Notes: generated by a model from the sequence alone, not told the origin. Positions 1 through 9,796 are shown, numbered from the stretch's first letter. The stretch is DNA of 64,000 bases from a virus (IMGVR_UViG_3300022553_000001:3250-67249), one strand, 5' to 3'. Numbers and translations: made by a program.

Positions 1-744
1 TTTCTGAAAGCAACTCCCCAACGCACCCCGCAAGAGATTGCCGAGTTCTCTGAGCGGCAGAAACTAGAAGAAGAAATCTGGCATAAGAGGCGGCTAGACA
101 ATCTAGCTAAATGGAAATCCGAAGGGCATGAGAAAGAGGTTTGGCAGTGGCACAAGAATAATCATCGCGAATATTGGGTTGGCGAAGGGGTGCCGGAATG
201 GGCAGTGGACAAATACCAGTTTGGATATTGCGAAGCCAAGAGCATGAGACTAAAAACCGGGGAACTAGTCGCACTGCCAACTTATACCATGCCAATCTGG
301 GAACCGGCGAAATTGGAACTCGTTAATATTCAATACAGATTATGCGACCCGCCACCGGGCGAAGGGAAATATAGACAAGAATCGGTTATCCCAGCGGCGG
401 CGGCATTTATGAATGACGACTACGAAGACCAAGCTATTTTTGTTGAAGGATTCAAGAAAGCAGTTATTATTTACGATTTTATAGATTTCCATACACAGGT
501 AGTCGGTTTCCCCAGCAACCTTCCGAGTGCGGAATTGCTCAAAGCGCAGTGCAACAAATTCAAGAAAATCTATCTTATTTGGGATCCGAGGTCGGACAAC
601 CAAGTCCGGCGGATGGGGCGCCTGATGTCCGGCAGGGTATGGGCAATTACTCTACCCGTAAAACCTGACGATGCCGTAACAAAGTATAACATGACTCAGG
701 CAACATTCAGATCATATTTCGCAATAGCGGAGAGGTTGAAATGA
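1..744 (+). CDS. DNA primase-like protein, C-terminal part (5' end outside window)
   Basis: Frame 1 is open from base 1 to TGA 742-744; Toprim-like VEGFKKAV and LIWD segments; lies just upstream of a DnaB helicase. Confidence 0.55.
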   Translation, partial: FLKATPQRTPQEIAEFSERQKLEEEIWHKRRLDNLAKWKSEGHEKEVWQWHKNNHREYWVGEGVPEWAVDKYQFGYCEAKSMRLKTGELVALPTYTMPIWEPAKLELVNIQYRLCDPPPGEGKYRQESVIPAAAAFMNDDYEDQAIFVEGFKKAVIIYDFIDFHTQVVGFPSNLPSAELLKAQCNKFKKIYLIWDPRSDNQVRRMGRLMSGRVWAITLPVKPDDAVTKYNMTQATFRSYFAIAERLK

Positions 745-959
745 ATAAGAAGATAAATTTCTATTCTGCATTGCGTTTTGCGGTAGACCTTAATGAATAT
801 GCAACAAAAGCAAAGCGCGGTCTTGTTCAAGATACAACCGAATATCAATACTGGCAAGGCACGGCAGACGCAGCGCGTAAATTCGCGACTATTCTGCACG
901 GCTGGGACATGTATTCAGATTTATTCCCAGAAGTCAAGGTAGATAGTGAAACTCATTGA
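741..959 (+). CDS. hypothetical protein
   Basis: 72-aa ORF overlapping the primase stop (ATGA coupling). Confidence 0.6.
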   Translation: MNKKINFYSALRFAVDLNEYATKAKRGLVQDTTEYQYWQGTADAARKFATILHGWDMYSDLFPEVKVDSETH

Positions 960-1128
960 CCGCATCGACGGCGTATGTAACTATTATTACTTCAAGCCCT
1001 GGAAACAATTGACCGAGGCACAGAAACGCCGCTCGATTGAGCTTTACAAGCACTGGACACATTTCGCGAATACATCTTACTGGGAGGAGTGGAACAATGT
1101 CAAAGAAAGCCAGGCTGAGAAAGCGTAG
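946..1128 (+). CDS. hypothetical protein
   Basis: 60-aa ORF chained in the operon. Confidence 0.5.
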   Translation: MKLIDRIDGVCNYYYFKPWKQLTEAQKRRSIELYKHWTHFANTSYWEEWNNVKESQAEKA

Positions 1129-1348
1129 AGTCGCGCTGAGCGGTTACCGTAAAGCGCGCGGTGGCATGGGACATCGTGTTAGTTTCAGCGAGAAGCGAAC
1201 CCTGAACCCGCGCGGCCATCACCCACCGCGTGCGAGGTTCGGGGCGCGAGTGAATCCACCCGCCGGGAAAATCGGAATCGTAATCACGTTACCGAGCAAA
1301 GCGAAATACCGTATCAGCGAATACGGCAACTGGGTCAGAATTCATTGA
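1097..1348 (+). CDS. small basic (Arg/Lys-rich) protein
   Basis: GGAGGAG SD upstream of ATG 1097; MSKKARLRKRRV... Confidence 0.55.
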   Translation: MSKKARLRKRRVALSGYRKARGGMGHRVSFSEKRTLNPRGHHPPRARFGARVNPPAGKIGIVITLPSKAKYRISEYGNWVRIH

Positions 1349-1360
1349 GAGGAGAGCCGC

Positions 1361-1462
1361 ATGCCAATTCCTAAGCCCAAGCCAGTCCCACCCAAAATCC
1401 CAGATACCAAGCCCAAGGGCGGAGAGGGCGGAGAAGCTGTCCGGGCAAAAGACCGGCATTAA
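1361..1462 (+). CDS. 33-aa Pro/Lys-rich peptide
   Basis: GAGGAG SD then MPIPKPKPVPPKIPDTKPKGGEGGEAVRAKDRH; below the ORF-track size cutoff. Confidence 0.45.
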   Translation: MPIPKPKPVPPKIPDTKPKGGEGGEAVRAKDRH

Positions 1463-1505
1463 CCGATTTGGGGCATGGTACAATCCATGCCCTGAGAAAG
1501 CAATC

Positions 1506-1613
1506 ATGGAATTTATTATTAGCATAGGAATTCTAATCTATCTTATTGTTTCTCTTGTAACAATTTATTTAATAGGAAAACTTCCAGACATGGATAAACT
1601 AGATGCCGACTAG
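1506..1613 (+). CDS. small single-pass membrane protein
   Basis: MEFIISIGILIYLIVSLVTIYLIGK..., stop overlaps the helicase start. Confidence 0.45.
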   Translation: MEFIISIGILIYLIVSLVTIYLIGKLPDMDKLDAD

Positions 1614-2604
1614 CGAGGAAATTCGTGGACTATTCCATAAACCTGATCAATTAGCCCAACAGTACGTTGCGTTCATCGAAAGTATTAGGAAGGGCGGAAA
1701 CGTAGACTGGGGCGTAACATCAATAGATAGCCGGGTTGTGCCAATGCGACCAGGCGAAGTAGCAGGAATCATCGGACGCCCAGGACATGGAAAGTCGAGC
1801 GTCGCGGCCTATCTCGCCAAGCACAACGCGAATAAAATTATCGCTGAAGGCCAGCAAAAAGAAGAGTGCGTGTGCTTTGTCACTTACGAACAAAGCGTGG
1901 AAGAACTCGAGGCGTTCTTTCAGGCGGGCGAAGACTATTCCCTCGAAGACCTGGCTTGGGGCAAAATTGAGATGGACGAAATTATCAAGCGCGCGCTAGA
2001 GCGCCCCAAACTCCCTATCTGGACAATTGGCTCAAGTATAATCAAAAGGCATAAACATATTCGGATGACGATTGACAATGTCTATTCGGCACTCAGGCAA
2101 ATGGAAACAGAATTCAAAATTCACCCACGCCTGATCTGTATGGACTATATCCAAATCATCCCGGTTGAGCGCGCGCGACAGCGTGTGGAAGAAGTTACCG
2201 AAGCAGTAGTACAAAGCAAAGAGTTAGCACGGGAAATCGGCGCGGCGATGATTCTTACAAGTCAGGCCGCGCGGCGCGTAGATGATTACGACGAACAGTT
2301 ACCAAACGCGAACGACAGCCAATGGACTTCGGCTTTTGAGCAAGTTATTGACAAAGGTTTCAGCATTTGGCGTCCCGCGAAAACCCACAGGGATGTCAAA
2401 GAAATCGAATTGCAGGGCCAAAAATTCCCCGTCACTGAGCAACTGATCGTCATTGAAAATTGGAAGCAACGCCTCGCGCCATCTGCCGGTAGATTTATTC
2501 TGAACTTCCATCCCGGCCTGGTGCGACTAGCAGAAATGGAACGCGAGACGCCGAAACAATACGAAGGCGAACCGAATTGGGAAAGCGGAACATATGGTAG
2601 CTGA
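1603..2604 (+). CDS. dnaB: DnaB-like replicative helicase
   Basis: Walker A IIGRPGHGKSS, Walker B ICMDYIQ, SKELAREI..MILTSQ motif. Confidence 0.9.
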   Translation: MPTSEEIRGLFHKPDQLAQQYVAFIESIRKGGNVDWGVTSIDSRVVPMRPGEVAGIIGRPGHGKSSVAAYLAKHNANKIIAEGQQKEECVCFVTYEQSVEELEAFFQAGEDYSLEDLAWGKIEMDEIIKRALERPKLPIWTIGSSIIKRHKHIRMTIDNVYSALRQMETEFKIHPRLICMDYIQIIPVERARQRVEEVTEAVVQSKELAREIGAAMILTSQAARRVDDYDEQLPNANDSQWTSAFEQVIDKGFSIWRPAKTHRDVKEIELQGQKFPVTEQLIVIENWKQRLAPSAGRFILNFHPGLVRLAEMERETPKQYEGEPNWESGTYGS

Positions 2605-2893
2605 ATCCGATATCGCGAGTTTCTGGGATACCTCTGAAATCGAAATACAGGAACAAGTATTATTATTATCCGGCAAAACAAAATACCAACTGCCCGATTG
2701 CGCCGCGTTGTATACGTGGTGGCGTTATTGCAATAAACGGTCAAAGGCTCGTCTGCGACCGGTAATCGAACAAATCTTAGAAAGAGGAGAACAAAGTGTC
2801 CGACAATCTGCAAGTGAACTATCTACGGCTCGATGCGCTCGAAGTAATGAAATGGGAGCAAAACCCAAAACTTCATGTAGACAACTTGCTTGA
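2594..2893 (+). CDS. hypothetical protein
   Basis: Coupled to the helicase stop; 3' end overlaps the next gene. Confidence 0.4.
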   Translation: MVAESDIASFWDTSEIEIQEQVLLLSGKTKYQLPDCAALYTWWRYCNKRSKARLRPVIEQILERGEQSVRQSASELSTARCARSNEMGAKPKTSCRQLA

Positions 2894-3728
2894 TGAAAGT
2901 ATCGAGAAGTTTGGCTTTAACGACCCAATTGGCGTAGACTATGAACATAGCATCATAGTCGAGGGACACGGACGTATCGAGCGACTGCGCAACCGCAAGA
3001 GCGCCGGTAAGCCCGCACCCAAAAACATTGTGATCGATGGCGCTGACGGCGAGTGGATCGTGCCCACCGTGGAGCTGTCCTTTGCAGATAAAAACGCGGC
3101 ATACCTTTATGCCATCGCTCATAACCGCTCGAACACAAAAGATTTCCACTTGGAAGATTACAAAACGGACAAACTGGCCACGATGCGCGAGGCCGGGCAA
3201 CTGGACTTACTGGGCTTTGAGACCCTGGGACAGTCTGCGACGATGCCCAAATTCGAGTTACCCGAACTCAAACCCTTTGACGCCTCATCTCTGCCCGATG
3301 CGCCCGGCACGCAAATCGTTGCCCCACAGTCCTTTGTGGTAATGATTACTTTTCCAACTTACAACCAGATGCGCGAAGCGCTCTGCGCCTTAACGTACGG
3401 CGAGCGCAAAAGTTTGCCTCAGGGGGCTAGGCTCTGTTCTATTGAAGGCGGGGCAATCTTGGCGCGGTGGAACAAAGATTTGATGCAAATTTCAATCAGC
3501 GCGCCAATTGTCGAAGCCACACAGACTGGAATGCTCGGAGTGCCGGATACCAAAGTACCGGTCATCTTTTGGGACACGCCAACAGAGCCGGGCGAACCCA
3601 AATCGCGCGGCAAAGAAAAACCAACCGAGGTCGGCGGACTGTGTACTATGTGCGGCGGAAGCAAATTTACAATGGTCAAGAATGAAAAATTTACTTGCCC
3701 ACAGTGTAGCAGGAAAGGTGAATTATGA
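2796..3728 (+). CDS. ParB/Srx N-terminal-domain protein with C-terminal Zn ribbon
   Basis: NPKLH..ESIEKFGFNDPI..IVEGHGR and AYLYAIAHNR ParB-like motifs; CxxC..CxxC at the C-terminus. Confidence 0.8.
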   Translation: MSDNLQVNYLRLDALEVMKWEQNPKLHVDNLLDESIEKFGFNDPIGVDYEHSIIVEGHGRIERLRNRKSAGKPAPKNIVIDGADGEWIVPTVELSFADKNAAYLYAIAHNRSNTKDFHLEDYKTDKLATMREAGQLDLLGFETLGQSATMPKFELPELKPFDASSLPDAPGTQIVAPQSFVVMITFPTYNQMREALCALTYGERKSLPQGARLCSIEGGAILARWNKDLMQISISAPIVEATQTGMLGVPDTKVPVIFWDTPTEPGEPKSRGKEKPTEVGGLCTMCGGSKFTMVKNEKFTCPQCSRKGEL

Positions 3729-3892
3729 CGCTAGAAGAACTTCTCAAAGAACACGAAGTTTCGGTTCGCCACGACATAAAAGATTACACGTATCTTTTGT
3801 GGGATGGAGAAACATATCTGATAATAAAGGAAAATGGCGAGAGAAACTTTGGCGACAACCTTGACGCCGCACTCGATGAGTTTCTGAAATGA
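3725..3892 (+). CDS. small hypothetical protein
   Basis: 55-aa ORF coupled by ATGA overlaps on both sides. Confidence 0.5.
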   Translation: MTLEELLKEHEVSVRHDIKDYTYLLWDGETYLIIKENGERNFGDNLDAALDEFLK

Positions 3893-4686
3893 GCCGAGTA
3901 GTAGTCTTTGGGTGGTTCGGAGGTAAAGCCTCGCATCTCAACTTCATCTTGCCTAATTTGCCAAAGTGCCGACATTACGTTGAACCATTCGGCGGCAGCG
4001 CGGCTGTGCTACTGAACCGCGAACCTAGTCCCATTGAAACCTACAACGATCTGAATGGAGATCTGGTGAACTTTTTCCGCGTGCTGAGAGATCGAGGGCC
4101 GGAGTTACAAGAGAAACTGGAGCTGACCCTATATGCACGGGAAGAATTCCGCTTAGCACTGGAACCATGCGAAAATGAACTGGAGAGAGCAAGGAGATTC
4201 TATATTCGTGTGCGGCAGGCATTCAAGGCATCGATGTTAGGAAATTCTTGGAGCAGAGAATATAAAAATCCAATTGGAATTCCACGTTGGTTAAACGGGA
4301 TCGAATGTCTACCAGATTGCTATACAAGATTCAAACACGTGCAGATTGACCATCTCAATGCCCTCAATCTCATCCAAAAATATGATTCTCCTGACACCTT
4401 GTTCTACTGCGACCCACCCTATGTCTGGGATTTCAAGGACAACAAGTTCCAAGATGACTACGGAATAGCACATTCAGTCGGCGATGCAGCGGTACTTGCT
4501 CGTTCTTTACATTCAATCCAAGGTCTTGCGGCTATCAGTAATTACGCCGGAGTTTACGATGATCTGTATCACGATTGGCGGAGACTTGAGGATAAGCCGA
4601 AAGTAAGCTCGGCGGCACTGGTTAATCGAGCAATTCGGCAAGAGATTCTGTGGTGTAATTACGACAAAGAGAGAAAAAGGTTATGA
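3889..4686 (+). CDS. dam: Dam-like (D12 class) DNA adenine methyltransferase
   Basis: WFGGK, YVEPFGGSAAV, YNDLNGDLVNFF, FYCDPPY motifs. Confidence 0.92.
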   Translation: MSRVVVFGWFGGKASHLNFILPNLPKCRHYVEPFGGSAAVLLNREPSPIETYNDLNGDLVNFFRVLRDRGPELQEKLELTLYAREEFRLALEPCENELERARRFYIRVRQAFKASMLGNSWSREYKNPIGIPRWLNGIECLPDCYTRFKHVQIDHLNALNLIQKYDSPDTLFYCDPPYVWDFKDNKFQDDYGIAHSVGDAAVLARSLHSIQGLAAISNYAGVYDDLYHDWRRLEDKPKVSSAALVNRAIRQEILWCNYDKERKRL

Positions 4687-4753
4687 GAGTAAGATTGTTT
4701 TTGTACATTATCTTGGTTATCGCTATTTAATCGTGAAAAATTTGGGATACTAA

Positions 4754-5629
4754 ATGCACAATCCATATTCCTTAAAGCCGGAGATGGTTCGTGGATGCAC
4801 AATGCGGTGCGTGTTCTGTTCTTTGAGACACCAGACCTGGGCAGAAGAAAAATACGAATATATTTCCGAAGAACTCTGGAAACAATATATTGACGCCGTC
4901 GCAGAATGGTTGCCAAAATGCAGGATGGAAATAGCGAACCGCGGAGAGCAAACAATCCACTCTAAGTTTTTAGAATTGATTGCCTACGCTCGACAGAAAC
5001 TCCCTCGCGTTCAAATTCTTGTCTCAACCAACGGCGATCTAAGTCAGAAAATCAGAGAAGAAAATTACGTTTTTTGGGTAGATCAAGCCCAACAAGCCGG
5101 TGTAAATATCTTCATGTTTGATTGTTACACACAGCCACGACTCGACCAATTCACAAGATTATTTAGCGGCAGAACAGAACTTTTCTTTGACGGATTCAAT
5201 CCATACCCGTATCGCAGCGGCAAATTCAAGGCTCTCTGCATCAAAGATGCCGTACCGCGCCCGGTTAAGGAGAACAGGATACTTCAATATCATAACCAAG
5301 GCGGAAATGCAGTCGTATCTGGAAAAGCCGCAGAACTCTATAATATACCCGTCCTGGAAGAGCCGCTTCAAAGAATGTGCGCTCGCCCCTTCAGAGAAAT
5401 GCCGATGTGGTTAGACGGATCTATCCCTATTTGCTGTGATGACTGGGCAGATAAAGGCGTTGTCGGCAAATTCCCAGACAAGACTCTGAAAGAACTCTGG
5501 TTGCTCTACGACCCTTATCGAAAAAACCTGCTGGAGAAAAATCGCGGCGCGCAGAAACCATGTGACAAATGTTCAGAACGAGCCGGATTCCGTTGGGCAT
5601 TAGAAAAGAAGTGGTTCGATGAGAAATAA
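4754..5629 (+). CDS. radical SAM protein with SPASM domain
   Basis: CTMRCVFC (CX3CX2C); C-terminal CARPF..ICCDDW..PCDKC SPASM pattern. Confidence 0.88.
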   Translation: MHNPYSLKPEMVRGCTMRCVFCSLRHQTWAEEKYEYISEELWKQYIDAVAEWLPKCRMEIANRGEQTIHSKFLELIAYARQKLPRVQILVSTNGDLSQKIREENYVFWVDQAQQAGVNIFMFDCYTQPRLDQFTRLFSGRTELFFDGFNPYPYRSGKFKALCIKDAVPRPVKENRILQYHNQGGNAVVSGKAAELYNIPVLEEPLQRMCARPFREMPMWLDGSIPICCDDWADKGVVGKFPDKTLKELWLLYDPYRKNLLEKNRGAQKPCDKCSERAGFRWALEKKWFDEK

Positions 5630-6626
5630 ACAAGATACGTTTACGACAGAAGAACATTTCAAGTTCTTCTCTGAATTCTGCAAATTGGAAATGCTGAGCG
5701 GTGGTCCAGATCCACAGATTCCACTTGTCGGAGAGATGAGCAAAAACGAATCTATGCAGGAGCGCATCTGGCGCGCCGGTTGCTATATATCGGTTTACAA
5801 TGTTCCATTTGCGGCGGCCATTTGGCAAAATTGGTCTTGGGAGAGAATGGAAAAAGAGAAAGAGAATCTCTTGCCTTGGCTACAAGAAAACTGGAAAGGC
5901 ATCGTTACTCGACTTGAACGGCGATGCGTTCGACGACCAGAATGGATGAACGAATACTTTTTAAGTTATTTTGATTTCGCCAAGAACATTCTGCCAGAAT
6001 TACAAAAAGCCACAGAACAATTCTCTCCGGAACAACGGTACGTTGCATTCTGGGACATATCCAACGAAAAGATTAGCCGATTCGGTCGTTATGTCGCGCT
6101 CAAGCTCTTAGAGTCTTACAAACAATATTGTGGCATGAAACTCGAAGCTCCGGACATTCGGCCAAAAGACGGTTGGTCGCCAAGAATAACGCTGGCTAGG
6201 TTGTACTCCTCTGACTCCGCTGCCTTAAATTCAAAAGACAACGCGCAAATACCGTTAGTCAACAAACGAGTTGCCGAACTGCAGGAACGTCTCAAGGGGT
6301 CTGGGGTAAATATCGATCTATTCAAATTGCAAGTAGTTCTTTGCGAATATCGCGAGAGTTACGAAGGACTTAGACAATACCCCGGTCGTTCTCACGACAG
6401 CGAACTCGGCTATTACAACAAGGCAATCAATTATTGGAAACAGGTGCCGGGGTTGCTTGAAACACGGAAAGCGATATTCCCGAATCAGCATCTCGGAGAA
6501 ATTGGCGGATGGGAAGTCGCAAGAAATGAACTGGGAGAAGTATTATCGAAATACAAATACACTTGGAGTGATTTATTATTCGATTATAAGGCGACGGCAG
6601 ACTTCGCTTATCCGGTGAAACGATGA
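5619..6626 (+). CDS. aGPT-Pplase / amino acid:DNA transferase (AADT)-like base-modification enzyme
   Basis: GGPDP, ERIWRAGCY..VY, RFGRYVALKLLE helix-hairpin-like segment and QVVLCEY..YPGRSHD resemble glycosylase-fold thymine hypermodification transferases; adjacent P-loop kinase. Confidence 0.62.
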   Translation: MRNKQDTFTTEEHFKFFSEFCKLEMLSGGPDPQIPLVGEMSKNESMQERIWRAGCYISVYNVPFAAAIWQNWSWERMEKEKENLLPWLQENWKGIVTRLERRCVRRPEWMNEYFLSYFDFAKNILPELQKATEQFSPEQRYVAFWDISNEKISRFGRYVALKLLESYKQYCGMKLEAPDIRPKDGWSPRITLARLYSSDSAALNSKDNAQIPLVNKRVAELQERLKGSGVNIDLFKLQVVLCEYRESYEGLRQYPGRSHDSELGYYNKAINYWKQVPGLLETRKAIFPNQHLGEIGGWEVARNELGEVLSKYKYTWSDLLFDYKATADFAYPVKR

Positions 6627-7048
6627 AGATCTACGAGATTCTTCCCGGTAAACTGTACCAATGCGGAAAGACTAACGAACTGTCCCCAGAGCAAAAAGCA
6701 AAATTGATATCAGATTACGGAATCACAACAGTCGTCAACTTCTGGCGATTCGAAGATCCCGACTTAATTTCTTCTGTTGAATACGAGCATTGCTATATCC
6801 CGGATGGAAAACTTCATTGTCCAGAAGAGATGCGACTACTCGCCAAAAAGACGGCAGAAAAAATAAGGGGAGGCAAAGTAGTACTCTCTCAATGTTATGG
6901 GGGGCGCAATCGCTCTGGGTTATTTAGCACAATGGTGTTAAAGGAATTGCTCGGAATTAGCGGAAAAGAGGCGGTCGCGATTGTTCAGAAGCAAAGACCC
7001 AATTCGCTAGTCAACCCGATCTTCCGTCAGTTCTTGGAATCCGAATAA
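6623..7048 (+). CDS. dual-specificity/PTP-like phosphatase
   Basis: CX5R catalytic loop QCYGGRNRSG. Confidence 0.85.
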   Translation: MKIYEILPGKLYQCGKTNELSPEQKAKLISDYGITTVVNFWRFEDPDLISSVEYEHCYIPDGKLHCPEEMRLLAKKTAEKIRGGKVVLSQCYGGRNRSGLFSTMVLKELLGISGKEAVAIVQKQRPNSLVNPIFRQFLESE

Positions 7049-7051
7049 ATT

Positions 7052-7085
7052 TTTAAGGTTCGAAACAAGAAATCTGTAGTATAAT
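7052..7085 (+). promoter_or_regulatory. phage promoter TTTAAGGTT-N19-TATAAT
   Basis: Same motif and spacing at five intergenic sites. Confidence 0.8.
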
Positions 7086-7094
7086 GGAGGCAAG

Positions 7095-7370
7095 ATGTTT
7101 TGCAAAATATTCGAGAATAAACAATTTGACGGTTTTCCCGGCGCAAGTGACTTTGAGAATGGGAAGCCACTCGTTTATGAAGCCGACAACAGAATGTTTG
7201 TTGCCGACGATCACGGCGTTGGTCTATTTCTGGGCGATGAACAAGACGAAAAGGGCGGCTATTTCATCGAGTATCCCCGTCACTTCAAGCAAGCTCAAGC
7301 AGATTTATTTGTCAAGTCTTTGTCTTCTTTGACAAACAAAGAACTCAAAGAGATTGCGACAATCCTATGA
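7095..7370 (+). CDS. hypothetical protein
   Basis: GGAGG SD; first gene after the promoter. Confidence 0.65.
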   Translation: MFCKIFENKQFDGFPGASDFENGKPLVYEADNRMFVADDHGVGLFLGDEQDEKGGYFIEYPRHFKQAQADLFVKSLSSLTNKELKEIATIL

Positions 7371-7909
7371 AAATCATAGGTATCTTCGGCGAACCGGCAA
7401 CCGGCAAAAGCGCTCTGATGCAAAACATCATAGCCCGTTATTCGGGATGGAAATCGCTCAAGTGGAATCTGGTTAAGGGTCTTGTCCAAGAAGAACGCAA
7501 GATTCTTGTTCTCGGGGAATATTCGACCGGCGAGAAATTTGGCGGGACAGACCGGCTGGCTATGAACGCCCAGCCCCATGTCGAAAAATTCTTGGAGACC
7601 TGCGCAAAGATCGCAGATTACGACAATTACTTGATTCTGTTCGAGGGCGACCGGCTCTCGAACGCTAAGTTCTTTGAATTCTGTCAAAAGAACTTTGAGA
7701 GTCGGTTCTTTGCACTGGTTACCGAAGAAGCCATAAAAGAAGCGCGCCATGCCTCGCGAGATAACCAAAATAAAACTTGGCTACTTGGAAGAAAGACTAA
7801 AGTAGCCAATCTGATCAAGAGATTTAATCTGCAGACGTTTAACCACAATGTTCCAGAGGACACCGATCTGGTCGCAAACTTGATCCTGTTGCCGGATGCC
7901 GGGAGATAA
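7367..7909 (+). CDS. P-loop nucleotide kinase, 5-hmdU DNA kinase-like
   Basis: GEPATGKS Walker A, LGEY..FGGTDRL, LFEGDRL; typical of kinases partnered with aGPT-Pplases. Confidence 0.72.
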   Translation: MKIIGIFGEPATGKSALMQNIIARYSGWKSLKWNLVKGLVQEERKILVLGEYSTGEKFGGTDRLAMNAQPHVEKFLETCAKIADYDNYLILFEGDRLSNAKFFEFCQKNFESRFFALVTEEAIKEARHASRDNQNKTWLLGRKTKVANLIKRFNLQTFNHNVPEDTDLVANLILLPDAGR

Positions 7910-9260
7910 CATGGAACTTGAGAAAGGGTACTATTCTAGTCCAAGGTGGAGCGGAGAATTGTTAGATTGTGCATTACCCGTCACAATGGATACGTATTCA
8001 AATTGTGCGTTCAAGTGTCTTTATTGCTTTAGTGCTTACCAAAGATTGGTTGGGGCAGGCAAAGAAGACTATAAACACAATATTTTTCAAGCGATCAGTG
8101 TTGAGCGAACCAAGAAATTATTTCGTGGTGAATTGTTGAACAGTCAATTCAACAATTATATAAAAGCGAGAATGGTAGTACAGTGGGGCGGACTCAGCGA
8201 TGCCTTCGATTATGCTGAACGACAATTTGGCAAAACGCTCGAATTGCTTAGGTTTTTCCGCTCTATTGAATATCCTCTTTCCATTAGCACCAAGGGAACT
8301 TGGTTTTTGCAAGATTCGCGCTATCGCAAGGTACTGCAAAACGCAAAACACATCCACTGGAAAATTTCCATTATTACACTGGATGAGAAAAAGGCGCACG
8401 ACATTGAGATGGGCGTGACTTCTCCCTTGGACAGATTCAATGCCATTTCAGAACTCAAAAAACTCGGCGCACCTGCCGTGACATTCCGTTTCCGTCCATT
8501 CATTTTAGGAATAAGTGCGGATTACCCATTCTCTGAAAATAGCAAACAGCAAATTGATGCTCTGGTCAAAATTGCTAAGGACAGCGGAGCAGATTCTGTG
8601 ACCACCGAATTTATGTGCATCGAATCTCGTGCAAGAAATATCGCTGCAGAGCGCTTCGACAAAATTGGGAAAGTTTCTGGTCTTGGCGATCTGATAAAAT
8701 TCTATGCCGTGAATGGATACGCGTCTGGATTAATGCGCCTTAATTACAACCTCAAGCGACCATATATTGAAGCAATACAAGAAAGTGCACAGAAATACGG
8801 ACTGGAGTTTTTTGTCAGCGACTGTCATCACAAAGAGAAGAGCTGTCGCGCTGCTTGTTGTGGGTTACCAAACTTCGCGCCCTTTGACAACTACAACCGA
8901 GGGCAATTCGCCGAGGCAATCTTGATCGCCAAACAGAAGAGCAGAGTGCATTGGTCAGATATCTCCCAAAATACCGAATGGCTTAAATCTCTCTCGTTCT
9001 TTGCCGAAGGATTCAATACTCAATCTACACAAAAACGGGCCGACAACAAATATATGTCAATGTACGACCATATGCACCAAAAGTGGAATGACCCCAAAAG
9101 CAGAACGTCGCCCGCTATTTATTTCGGCGGCGTACTTGTGCCCAGTGCCCCCGATGAGAACGGAGATATAGTATATCTTTACAACGAGCCATTTGTTGCG
9201 CGCGGAGAGCAAGTTAAATCAGTAGCAGAGCTGGAGCAGAAACTCAAAGGAGAAACATGA
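7896..9260 (+). CDS. radical SAM protein, spore-photoproduct-lyase-like
   Basis: DTYSNCAFKCLYC (CX3CX2C), QWGGLSD, ISTKG, FRFRPFI. Confidence 0.82.
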   Translation: MPGDNMELEKGYYSSPRWSGELLDCALPVTMDTYSNCAFKCLYCFSAYQRLVGAGKEDYKHNIFQAISVERTKKLFRGELLNSQFNNYIKARMVVQWGGLSDAFDYAERQFGKTLELLRFFRSIEYPLSISTKGTWFLQDSRYRKVLQNAKHIHWKISIITLDEKKAHDIEMGVTSPLDRFNAISELKKLGAPAVTFRFRPFILGISADYPFSENSKQQIDALVKIAKDSGADSVTTEFMCIESRARNIAAERFDKIGKVSGLGDLIKFYAVNGYASGLMRLNYNLKRPYIEAIQESAQKYGLEFFVSDCHHKEKSCRAACCGLPNFAPFDNYNRGQFAEAILIAKQKSRVHWSDISQNTEWLKSLSFFAEGFNTQSTQKRADNKYMSMYDHMHQKWNDPKSRTSPAIYFGGVLVPSAPDENGDIVYLYNEPFVARGEQVKSVAELEQKLKGET

Positions 9261-9481
9261 TTAAACCCGTCACCATGTCTACCTGGCACTACGAGGAAGG
9301 GGAAGGAACCATGAAAGAGGTTAAGGGGTATCTGCCTGGAGAATTCGACGAACGCGGATTCTTGATTGGCGTTTTACCCAATCCGTTCGCGCAGCCAGCC
9401 CTAACACCCGAGGCAGCAATGGAAATGCTAAATCGCCAACAAAATGCCCCTGATGCACCGGTCTTCCATATTGTGCCGTAA
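9257..9481 (+). CDS. hypothetical protein
   Basis: Coupled ORF, last of the + strand block. Confidence 0.55.
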   Translation: MIKPVTMSTWHYEEGEGTMKEVKGYLPGEFDERGFLIGVLPNPFAQPALTPEAAMEMLNRQQNAPDAPVFHIVP

Positions 9482-9488
9482 AACAAGA

Positions 9489-9524
9489 AACCGCTCGACC
9501 ACAAAGCCGGGCGGTTCTCTTTTT
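9489..9524. terminator. probable bidirectional intrinsic terminator
   Basis: AACCGCTCG/CGGGCGGTT stem, T-run on one side, A-rich on the other, between convergent blocks. Confidence 0.7.
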
Positions 9525-9559
9525 AGCGCGTCAGGGGGCATCGACGCACCGAAAAGCGA

Positions 9560-9796
9560 TTACTTGCTTACCCGTGCCGATACCGAATTAGTTACTTCAC
9601 TGACCACCTTTGCACCGAATCCGAAGTACTGTTTGATCAACTCCCAGAGTTTGACCAACAATGGCAAAAGCCCTTGGAGTATCGCGTAGAGTACGAACAA
9701 TTGTCCCACGATCTTCGAGACAGCATCGGTGATCCCTAGCCAGTTCGAGTTGACATAGAACACCAACTGGCCGATAGCATCGAAAATAGGTTGCAT
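9560..9796 (-). CDS. holin-like membrane protein
   Basis: Small, hydrophobic helices, basic C-terminus; end of the late operon; GGAGG SD. Confidence 0.5.
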   Translation of the reverse strand: MQPIFDAIGQLVFYVNSNWLGITDAVSKIVGQLFVLYAILQGLLPLLVKLWELIKQYFGFGAKVVSEVTNSVSARVSK

